DNA of 64,000 nt from Candidatus Nomurabacteria bacterium (GTDB taxonomy: Bacteria > Patescibacteriota > Minisyncoccia > Phycocordibacterales > UBA9973): assembly GCA_943348755.1 (NCBI GenBank), contig CALQYS010000003.1, positions 2,482 to 66,481 on the forward strand, written 5' to 3'. Position numbers and translations under genes: made by a program. Every line of letters starts with the position of its first letter. Within the stretch, counting starts at the first letter, position 1. Of this stretch, positions 40,765 through 48,851 are shown piece after piece. The notes beneath the pieces were generated by a model. That model saw only the letters and a list, made by a program, of their open reading frames with translations. It made no database searches and was not told the DNA's origin.

Positions 40765-41652
40765 TTAACATAGATTTTTCTCTGCCTCAATAAAAGTATC
40801 TATTTCACCATCTAAAACAGCATCTACATTAGAAGTTTCCGCTTCTGTCCTGTGGTCTTTAACCATCTTATAAGGATGAAGTACATAGGAACGAATCTGG
40901 TTGCCCCATTCTATTTCTGTATTTTTTAGTTTCATGCTGTCTTCTAGGGATTTCTTTTCCTCCTCTGCTTTTTTAAAGATTTTAGCTCGAAGGATACTCA
41001 TAGCCTGTTCTCTATTTTGTTCTTGAGAACGTTCAGCAGAGCAGTGCACCGCGATACCTGTCGGGATATGGACAATCCTAACAGCTGTTTCTCTTTTGTT
41101 TACATTTTGTCCTCCCGGACCTGATGAGCGGGAAAACTCTATTTTTAAATCTTCAGGGGACAATACTACATCTTTTTCCTCCATTTTAGAAAACTTTGGC
41201 AAAACTTCTACTAAAGAGAAAGATGTGTGTCTTAATTTTTTTGCATTGAAGGGTGAAATACGGACCAGACGATGAACACCGCCTTCGTTCTTAAGTGTGC
41301 CATAAGCATTTTTGCCGGAAATTTCCAGGGTGATGTTTCGGTAGCCTCCGTGATCATTTTGATGTTCATGGATAAAAGAAACACCCCAACCTTTTTTATT
41401 CGCATACTTCACATACATAGCTAGCAACATAGCAGAAAAATCCTCGGCATCATCTCCACCCGCGCCAGAAATAACGGTAAGTATTGCATTCCCCTTGTCG
41501 TATTTTCCAAGTCCTTCTTTTTTATTTTTCAATTCGGCAATCTCTTTGAGCACACCTTGGGCTTTATTTTTATCATTCCAAAAGTCGGGGCTCATCATTT
41601 CTGCTTCGAGCTTTTTTATTTCTTCGTCAATTTTGCTGTGATCTTTTTCCAT
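40765..41652 (-). CDS. prfB: peptide chain release factor 2 (shortened domain 1)
   Basis: HRLVRISPF (SPF motif), GPGGQNVN, WGNQIRSYV. Confidence 0.93.
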   Translation of the reverse strand: MEKDHSKIDEEIKKLEAEMMSPDFWNDKNKAQGVLKEIAELKNKKEGLGKYDKGNAILTVISGAGGDDAEDFSAMLLAMYVKYANKKGWGVSFIHEHQNDHGGYRNITLEISGKNAYGTLKNEGGVHRLVRISPFNAKKLRHTSFSLVEVLPKFSKMEEKDVVLSPEDLKIEFSRSSGPGGQNVNKRETAVRIVHIPTGIAVHCSAERSQEQNREQAMSILRAKIFKKAEEEKKSLEDSMKLKNTEIEWGNQIRSYVLHPYKMVKDHRTEAETSNVDAVLDGEIDTFIEAEKNLC

Positions 41653-41665
41653 AATCTTTTGCAAG

Positions 41666-41738
41666 AGCCGATGGACAGGATTGAACTGTCGACCCTCGCT
41701 TTACGAAAGCGATGCTCTACCAACTGAGCTACATCGGC
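41666..41738 (-). tRNA. tRNA-Thr(CGT)
   Basis: Cloverleaf, anticodon loop TTCGTAA. Confidence 0.93.
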
Positions 41739-41813
41739 TGGAGCCGTTGGTGAGGATCGGACTCACGGTCTCGTTCTTACCAAGAACGTGCTTTACCACT
41801 AAGCTACAACGGC
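41739..41813 (-). tRNA. tRNA-Thr(GGT), encoded CCA
   Basis: Cloverleaf, anticodon loop TTGGTAA. Confidence 0.93.
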
Positions 41814-41875
41814 ATATGAATATACTAGTTGATATTCACTTATTTTGCAAAAGTATTTTACGCTGCGTGACCTAG

Positions 41876-42490
41876 CTATAGAATAGCTCTCTCTAATTCT
41901 TCCAAGTTATGAACTAAAAAATCTGGGTTGTAAGATTTTAGTTTACTTTCTGAACTAAAACCCCACGTTACTGCTGCAGTTTTAATACCTAATTTTTTAC
42001 CCACTTCTATCTCATGATTTGAATCACCAATAAAAATTGTGCTATTTTTTTCAAGATTATTGGATTCGACTATTTTACAAACGGCTTCTTCTTTGTTGTG
42101 AGCAGCAAAAATTACGGAGTCAAATACGCTCTCGAGACCAAAATCTTTGATTTCTGGCAAAATAGTTTCGGGATAATCAGAGCTGACGACAAATACCTTT
42201 GCACCAGATTCTTTAATTTTTTTTATTAATTTTGGAATACCAGGAAATGATTTTGCTTTTAGACTTTCTGAAACGGCTTTTTTGTAAAAAACCTCTTGCT
42301 CCTCCATCGTAATCGATGGAATATATTTTTTATAAAAATCCATCCAAGGTTGACACCATTCTTCTTTCATCTCTTCCATTGATATTTCTTTGGCCCCAAA
42401 ATGCCTTAATTTCTTATTAGCGATAACAAGCTGGTCTTCGACGCAATCTTTAACAACGCCAGACCAATCAAAAATAACATTTTTTATCAT
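41876..42490 (-). CDS. HAD-superfamily hydrolase (Gph-like)
   Basis: VIFDWSG (DxD partly degenerate), FIGDS, VTWGF. Confidence 0.85.
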   Translation of the reverse strand: MIKNVIFDWSGVVKDCVEDQLVIANKKLRHFGAKEISMEEMKEEWCQPWMDFYKKYIPSITMEEQEVFYKKAVSESLKAKSFPGIPKLIKKIKESGAKVFVVSSDYPETILPEIKDFGLESVFDSVIFAAHNKEEAVCKIVESNNLEKNSTIFIGDSNHEIEVGKKLGIKTAAVTWGFSSESKLKSYNPDFLVHNLEELERAIL

Positions 42491-42491
42491 C

Positions 42492-42674
42492 TGCGGGGTT
42501 ATTAAACGAAGCTCGAACCTATTTTACTAAAAATTCGACAGAAGCATCAAATGTAAAAGCGGACTCGGTTTTGCGAAAGCATTTTTTGGGGAAAAGGATT
42601 TCGCAAAACCTCGGCTAATATTTTATTAAATTCGGCGAGATTGCCCGCAGAAGGGGTTTGGGGAGGAATGCGGG
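42492..42674 (+). repeat. 183-bp inverted repeat, left copy (att-arm-like)
   Basis: Exact reverse complement of 47240-47422 by visual comparison. Confidence 0.92.
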
Positions 42675-42753
42675 AAACCCAAAATTAAAAATGCTCGGTG
42701 CCTTCGTTCATCATATCATTGTGTTTGGTCTAAAGAAATACACCCTCGGCATC

Positions 42754-43105
42754 CGCCTCGGGAATTTCCGCTAGGGCTACGAGCGCCAGTTCTAGGATAT
42801 GGGAACGGCTCAAATACCGGGTAAATGAGCCGTTCCCATTTCTAGTTGGGGAGAGGATTCTCCTCTCCCCAGTGCGTTGCCTCGGTTCGTGCTCCTTTCA
42901 GTCGCATCCCGCCGAAGCGGGACAGGGCTCACCCCACCCGGCCGCACAAACCCCTCTCAGTTTTTTCAGTTCTCGTTTAGTGTGTAGCTTTTGCTTTCGA
43001 TTCAGTATTTCATACCACACAGGCGCTCGTCTTTAGCCCAGACACCCTAGCGGAAATTCCCGAAGGCGCAAAATGCATGTGCTTGACCCACCCTCCCGTT
43101 CGCGC
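42754..43105. other. highly structured GC-rich non-coding block
   Basis: 18-bp IR CGGGAATTTCCGCTAGGG (42760-42777 / 43045-43062) enclosing perfect hairpins at 42800-42838, 42847-42871 and 42907-42922. Confidence 0.7.
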
Positions 43106-43148
43106 ACAAACTCGTTCGTTGAAACTAAAAGAAACTCACGAGACTCCC

Positions 43149-43679
43149 TTACATTCGGGAATACGAAACTCCTTTTCCAGTTCTTCCACTTTGTTTAATT
43201 TTTCCTTCCTTCTCCAAGATTGAAAGATACCGAGTTGCTGTTGCATCAGATACATGCAAATACTTTTCTACTTCGTCGTTTGTAAGTTTAGAGTGTTGTA
43301 AGAACAAAGACATAACCCTATCCAATTTTTTACGCTTTCGAAATTGAATTGTGTTTCGAGCAGAGATTAAAAGTTTTCGTGCGAGCGAAGATTTATTTTC
43401 CAACGGCTCATTTACTGGTATTTGAGCCGTTGGTTTATCCGCCTCAACGCTTTCAGCTTCGCCAGAGGAATAATCTTGGTTTTCAGGGGTTTTAGGCTCA
43501 TTTTCGGGTTGGCTTATTTCAGCATCTCCTTTGTTTATAGCACTATTATTACTTTCAGCACTAAAACCATCCCGGGGGGCTTCTGGGGCCTCAGGAGGCA
43601 TATTCGAGAGTTTAGAAGCCATTGTAGGGCTAGAATCCGAGGTGGGGATATCTTGGGTTGTATTTGGGTCGTCTGGCAT
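43149..43679 (-). CDS. protein with disordered N-terminus and C-terminal winged HTH (DeoR-like)
   Basis: LTNDEVEKYLHVSDATATRYLSILEKEGKI...G.G..Y. Confidence 0.75.
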   Translation of the reverse strand: MPDDPNTTQDIPTSDSSPTMASKLSNMPPEAPEAPRDGFSAESNNSAINKGDAEISQPENEPKTPENQDYSSGEAESVEADKPTAQIPVNEPLENKSSLARKLLISARNTIQFRKRKKLDRVMSLFLQHSKLTNDEVEKYLHVSDATATRYLSILEKEGKIKQSGRTGKGVSYSRM

Positions 43680-43684
43680 ATATT

Positions 43685-44380
43685 TTAATTTTCTAAAACT
43701 GACTTTCTCCCATCGTGGTATGAACAAGTGTTGCAATCAGGATTATGTCCGGGATACGAACCATTTAAAAGCTTAACCATGTCTTTAAGTTTTTTCTCAA
43801 CTACCTTAATATCAATTTTTACTAAATCAACATGACTATCAAATTTTACTTCTATTGAGGGATCATTTTTATCTTTCACAAAATAATGCAAAAGATACGC
43901 ACGATTAGAAACCTCATATCCGTGTTTTGAAAACATAAAACCATACGCAGTGAGTTGGTCTATGTAATATTTTTGTTTGTCTTCACCCGGAGCATTACCA
44001 GATGACTTATAATCAGCGGGAACAAGTCGTCCATCAGATTCCATGAGCACATCATCTATTTTCCCCACAAGAACATATCCTACTTTTTCATTTTCAACCT
44101 TCAAAGCATTTGTGCTTGATCGCCACTCATTAAGAGTTTCTAAATCAAGAAATGGTTTTATTCCTTCCTTAGTTAATTCTTTGGCTTCCGGAGGGAAATT
44201 ACCATCAACACGATACTTGTCGTATCTATTTTTGAGAATGCTATCCATCGCGCTATTTAAAAGAAGTGGAAGTATGGATTGTTTTTTATAATTATTATCA
44301 ACCCAAAAACAAGATTGACACTCTGTGTATTTATACAAGCTACTCGGACTTAATTTCCATAATCCTTCCTTTGTTTTCAT
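43685..44380 (-). CDS. PD-(D/E)XK nuclease, Cas4/RecB-like
   Basis: LSPSSL..C..CFW, GKIDD, ADYKSSG, QL.AY, C-terminal C..C. Confidence 0.85.
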   Translation of the reverse strand: MKTKEGLWKLSPSSLYKYTECQSCFWVDNNYKKQSILPLLLNSAMDSILKNRYDKYRVDGNFPPEAKELTKEGIKPFLDLETLNEWRSSTNALKVENEKVGYVLVGKIDDVLMESDGRLVPADYKSSGNAPGEDKQKYYIDQLTAYGFMFSKHGYEVSNRAYLLHYFVKDKNDPSIEVKFDSHVDLVKIDIKVVEKKLKDMVKLLNGSYPGHNPDCNTCSYHDGRKSVLEN

Positions 44381-44385
44381 AAAAT

Positions 44386-47139
44386 TTAATTTTCTATAAT
44401 CTTTATTTCTTCTTCATTTAAACCATAAAGTTTGAAGACTTCCTCATCAATTTTTTTATTGGTTTTTTCTATCTCAGATTTTAAACTTTCCCATTCGTTT
44501 GAGTTTTCTAGTATTTCGTGAAGTTCTTTATTGAGAGAAATCATTTTATCAACTAAAGTAGCAATTTCTTTTTGCTGTTCTTTGTTTCCGATATAAATTG
44601 GAATTTCTAAGAGAGGTCCTTTATCTACCTGTAAAAGATCGCCAAGCTGTTTCCCTTTATTTTTTAACCAAAAGAAAGATAATTTTGAGTTAAGTATCCC
44701 CGTAAGATATTTTAAATTTATTCTATCCGTTTTTATAAAATTTAAAGCGCGAGAACCATAATAGGGTTCTTCGGTATAAAAGAAACTTGGATAAGCTACT
44801 CTTACACCACAAACAACCTTAGGCCCTTGATTAAAAAAATATTCTTCTCTTTCTCTATGTAGATAAAAATAAGGTTTATTTGGGGTTCCATATTTTTCCT
44901 TAGCTTCTTTGAGAATTTCCTCAAACGGCTCAAAGTGTTTTTGGATATTTGGATAATCTTCGAGTTTTTTATCGCTAAAGTTTTTATCGCTAATGTAAAA
45001 AATATAATTTTCTGACTCTGCACCTATATATTTACCAGATGCAGTGAAAAATGGCTTCAAAAACTCTTGCTCGTCCTTACTATAAGAACTTATGTCCTTT
45101 TCAAGGAAATACTTATCAGGAGCCGCTACTATCCCTTGCCCAACCTCTTTTTCTGTTAATTCAAAATTTTTCTTGTTTTGTATTTTATCAAAAATGGAAC
45201 TAGATTCTTGATTAGAAAAAGTTATATTTTTATCAATCAACTTTTCTGGTTCAACCTCAATTTTGGCTTTCTCACTAAAGATATCTAGAATTAGTTTTTC
45301 TTCGCTAACATTTTTATCATTAATTCTTATGTAATCTATTTCATATTTTTTACTTGGTTTTTGTTTTTCAAATATATATATCATTGTTTGAATTCCAGCA
45401 TCTTGAAAAACCTTATAATCACCAAAATCAATAAAAGTTTTTAATTCTCCGTCTGTGAGAATTTTATTTCTCATAATACTTGCTCCTGCGTTAGTCACCC
45501 AGTTATTTGGAGCAATAAAACCCATTACTCCATTATCTTTTAGCAAATCTATTGAAATACAGGCAAACATTGTCCATAAATCCATTTTACCTTGATAGTA
45601 TGGACTTTCGTGCAAACCATCAAAAGCATCTTTATTTACAAATTCTTTTATATAAGGGGGGTTCCCAATAATTACATCAAAACCTCCTTGCTTAAATACT
45701 TCGCGAAATTCTTCTTTCCAATTAAAAGTAAGCGAATTTCCATTTTTTATATTATTATCCAACTTTGGTAAAGTTTCTTTTGAATCAAGCGAATTAATAA
45801 GTAAGTTTAGACGAGCTATTTCTACAGCTTGCATATCTAAATCAACCCCAAAAAGATTTTCTAAAATTATTTGTCTTTTCACAGAACCATCAACTCCAAA
45901 TTCTTTATACTTTTCAGCTATTGCTTCAAGCGCTCTAATAAGAAAAGACCCAGAACCACAAGCAGGATCTAATACTTTTATCTTTTTTAAATCAGCAATA
46001 CTTTTACAGTTATCCAAGACAGGCTTCAGTGCATTTTTAACAATATAGTCAACAACAAAAGTAGGGGTATAGAAAATTCCCTGTTCTTTTCTTTTCTTAA
46101 CATCTTTTTCAACATTTACGCCCTTTTTTGATTGAGTAAGCTTGTAATTTAGATAATTTTCATAGACAGTTCCCAAAACATCAGCGGGCATTTCTTTGAA
46201 ATTGTATTCATACTGGCCTTTCTTGCCATACAATTTATTTATCATATTTTCAAACCCCTTATCATCAATTATTTCCCAACTTTCAAAAGGATGAGGTGAA
46301 AAAAGATTAGAATTATAAATTTTATCTAATTCGCGAAAAATTACCGACATTGCTTGAAACGGCTTATAGCTTTTACTTTTTTCAGCTTCTCGGAGGAGAT
46401 TTTTTAGTATATTTGGTTCAACTTCTCTATCTTCCGCAACACGAAGAAAAATCAAACGGTCTAAAAGTTTTTGCACGCCTTCATCTATAATATCTTTTGA
46501 AAGATTCAATTTATCATTCCAACTTTTAAACTCGCTCGTTAGCCACTCTCGGCAATCTTGAATATCTTCATTTATTTTTTTGATAACAGTAGCGACCTGT
46601 ATTGATTTTTCTTTTTTGCCAATCTTTTCAGCATATTCATCTAAAGCTTTCTTTTGAAAAGATTCTTTTGATAGATACCACAGGGTTTCAAAATCAGAAA
46701 TATATTTATCATAAGAAAGCTCGAAAACAAGCTTATCCATCAAATCAGTTTTATCGATTCTCTGAGCATTAAACACTTTGACACCCTCAAAATCTGTTAA
46801 GAGCGCATAAGTTATGCCAGTATTCCATGAGTAATTTATCGTTTGGAAAGCAAATTTTTCGTTATCTAAGTCCTCGTTAAGTTTTTTAGATTCTAAATAA
46901 AATTGGGTTATTCCATTTATTTTAAATGTATGATCTGGACGACCAGAGCCTTTTATGTGGTCTTGTGAGGAAACTTCTTCTTTGTTTCTAATATCCCAAC
47001 CAAGTGTTTCAAAAAGAGGCAAAATAAAACCCTGAATTGTATCCTCTTCAGAATAAGTTTTTAGCTTGCCATCTTTTTTAATAACTTCGTATTTATCTAT
47101 CAGTTTTTGAATCTTTTGTTTTACAAATTCTTTGTCCAT
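44386..47139 (-). CDS. type IIG restriction-modification enzyme (endonuclease, N6-adenine MTase and target-recognition domain)
   Basis: EEDT..ILPL..LGW, RPD..ESK nuclease; GIFYTP, VLDPACGSGSFL, NPPY; TaqI-C-like tail. Confidence 0.9.
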   Translation of the reverse strand: MDKEFVKQKIQKLIDKYEVIKKDGKLKTYSEEDTIQGFILPLFETLGWDIRNKEEVSSQDHIKGSGRPDHTFKINGITQFYLESKKLNEDLDNEKFAFQTINYSWNTGITYALLTDFEGVKVFNAQRIDKTDLMDKLVFELSYDKYISDFETLWYLSKESFQKKALDEYAEKIGKKEKSIQVATVIKKINEDIQDCREWLTSEFKSWNDKLNLSKDIIDEGVQKLLDRLIFLRVAEDREVEPNILKNLLREAEKSKSYKPFQAMSVIFRELDKIYNSNLFSPHPFESWEIIDDKGFENMINKLYGKKGQYEYNFKEMPADVLGTVYENYLNYKLTQSKKGVNVEKDVKKRKEQGIFYTPTFVVDYIVKNALKPVLDNCKSIADLKKIKVLDPACGSGSFLIRALEAIAEKYKEFGVDGSVKRQIILENLFGVDLDMQAVEIARLNLLINSLDSKETLPKLDNNIKNGNSLTFNWKEEFREVFKQGGFDVIIGNPPYIKEFVNKDAFDGLHESPYYQGKMDLWTMFACISIDLLKDNGVMGFIAPNNWVTNAGASIMRNKILTDGELKTFIDFGDYKVFQDAGIQTMIYIFEKQKPSKKYEIDYIRINDKNVSEEKLILDIFSEKAKIEVEPEKLIDKNITFSNQESSSIFDKIQNKKNFELTEKEVGQGIVAAPDKYFLEKDISSYSKDEQEFLKPFFTASGKYIGAESENYIFYISDKNFSDKKLEDYPNIQKHFEPFEEILKEAKEKYGTPNKPYFYLHREREEYFFNQGPKVVCGVRVAYPSFFYTEEPYYGSRALNFIKTDRINLKYLTGILNSKLSFFWLKNKGKQLGDLLQVDKGPLLEIPIYIGNKEQQKEIATLVDKMISLNKELHEILENSNEWESLKSEIEKTNKKIDEEVFKLYGLNEEEIKIIEN

Positions 47140-47239
47140 AAAATTATTCCAAAATCGGGCTAATTTCCAAAACCATACAATACCTTGAGATTTTTTGATT
47201 TTAGCACTTTTAAGGCATTTTTTCCACTCAAAAAACCCG

Positions 47240-47422
47240 CCCGCATTCCTCCCCAAACCCCTTCTGCGGGCAATCTCGCCGAATTTAATAAAATATTAGC
47301 CGAGGTTTTGCGAAATCCTTTTCCCCAAAAAATGCTTTCGCAAAACCGAGTCCGCTTTTACATTTGATGCTTCTGTCGAATTTTTAGTAAAATAGGTTCG
47401 AGCTTCGTTTAATAACCCCGCA
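47240..47422 (-). repeat. 183-bp inverted repeat, right copy
   Basis: Identical to 42492-42674 in the opposite orientation. Confidence 0.92.
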
Positions 47423-47577
47423 AGAACTAAACTTAGGTCATTTTTGGCAAAATTTTCGCGCGCTTCGCGTAGCGAAGCGTAATGTTTGAAAGGGTTTCCG
47501 AATGCATGGCGGGATTTCAAATGCAGGTTCGAGCCGAAGATTTTTTGGAGGGAGAGTTTTTTGGAGGGGAGGTCGGC
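47296..47577 (-). pseudogene. probable C-terminal remnant of a second serine recombinase reading through an attP-like junction
   Basis: Frame ADLPSKKLSLQKIFGSNLHLK...LVLAGLLNEARTYFTKNS with no N-terminus; family recognised from memory only. Confidence 0.5.
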
Positions 47578-47655
47578 TACAAATCAAATACAACACTTGC
47601 CCCACCCTTCCCGTGCGCGTGTTAAATTCCTCCCTAAAGTAATTTTGGAAATTGC

Positions 47656-48831
47656 CTAGTCGTAAATAGTTGGAATTCCAGTATCTGAAGAGTTTTTCTC
47701 AAATTCTACCGGTGGGACAAATCCGTAATGATTAAGAGCACCTTCTAAAAATCCGAAAAATTCTGGATCAGGTGAGGGAAACTTCGGATGAGGCACAACA
47801 ACCCCGATCATTTCCCCTTGCTGTGCTTCTTTTTCAGTTTGATAATGGTAAGAGAAATTAGTAAAAAATGCCGCGTTCAATGGATATTCTTCTGGGGGAT
47901 AATTTTTAAGTTTATCTTCTACTAATTCTTTTACTTCTTTTACCCAAGGTTTTTCATTAAAAGGAATATTGGGCGTAAGTGGAGAATTTATATCGATGAA
48001 AACTGCGAATGGAACATCTTTTGGATTCTGTTCAAGAGCATCTTTAAACAAACGCCACACGGCACTAGCAGATAGTAATTTATCTTGTTCTGGCTGATTT
48101 CCTGTCTCATGAAGCACGCCTTCGCGATGCCTACTTTTTACTTCCACTGCTAAAATAAAACCATTAGAATGTTTTGCGATAAATTCACATCTCTTACCAA
48201 TGGATTTTTCATCTGTGAAAGTAATTTCGCATCCTAGACGAGCAAATATCGCTGCTATAGCAATTTCATAGCGAGCACCCTGATATTCATTTCTAGATTT
48301 GAGTCTTTCTAAAAGAGAATCAGGTAATTTTTGCATATGACTTAGCGACACTACATCAAAAGCAAGCAATAATAAACTTTTACTATAGCCATCGGGTTTA
48401 GCTGCCCAAATATTGGTTTTGCCTAATCTTTTTGCAGTATTATTATTTTTTTGTATCCATTCCTGAAATTTTTCAAAACATATAGCTATAAAATGTCTGT
48501 CCGCTGGTGGAAGACTTTGTTGTTCTATCCACCAACTTATTCCAATCTCCTCCTGAAGTATCGCAATCAGAAACATATGGAACGTTTCTTCCACTGGTCG
48601 ATTTGAATACACCTTTCTTCCAAAGGCTCGTGCAGACATTTCTTTGAAAAGAATCGGTGGCACAAGTGGAATGTGAATTCCTGCTTTTCTCAACATTTCA
48701 TGCTCGGCATTTTTCCTTTGAAAATACCTCATTACTTCTATGGGAACCCCAGTGTTTTCCTTATCCAAATGGCATTTTTTATATTTCTTGCCACTACCAC
48801 AATGACATTTATCGTTGCGTCCAAGTTTCAT
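47656..48831 (-). CDS. SEC-C zinc motif protein with predicted restriction-endonuclease-like domain
   Basis: GRNDKCHCGSGKKYKKCH; RYEIAIA..RCEFIA..AVEVKSR. Confidence 0.7.
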   Translation of the reverse strand: MKLGRNDKCHCGSGKKYKKCHLDKENTGVPIEVMRYFQRKNAEHEMLRKAGIHIPLVPPILFKEMSARAFGRKVYSNRPVEETFHMFLIAILQEEIGISWWIEQQSLPPADRHFIAICFEKFQEWIQKNNNTAKRLGKTNIWAAKPDGYSKSLLLLAFDVVSLSHMQKLPDSLLERLKSRNEYQGARYEIAIAAIFARLGCEITFTDEKSIGKRCEFIAKHSNGFILAVEVKSRHREGVLHETGNQPEQDKLLSASAVWRLFKDALEQNPKDVPFAVFIDINSPLTPNIPFNEKPWVKEVKELVEDKLKNYPPEEYPLNAAFFTNFSYHYQTEKEAQQGEMIGVVVPHPKFPSPDPEFFGFLEGALNHYGFVPPVEFEKNSSDTGIPTIYD

Positions 48832-48851
48832 ATTTTAGTATAATATCAGGT

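Noticed and set aside
43685-44380. CRISPR-Cas locus
   Set aside because: No repeat-spacer array or cas1/cas2 seen in the window
47656-48831. Second secA copy
   Set aside because: Only the SEC-C motif is shared; no ATPase motifs
48657-48851. 65-aa N-terminal extension of the recombinase
   Set aside because: Overlaps the SEC-C gene; the catalytic domain starts at MNYFLYARKS (48852)
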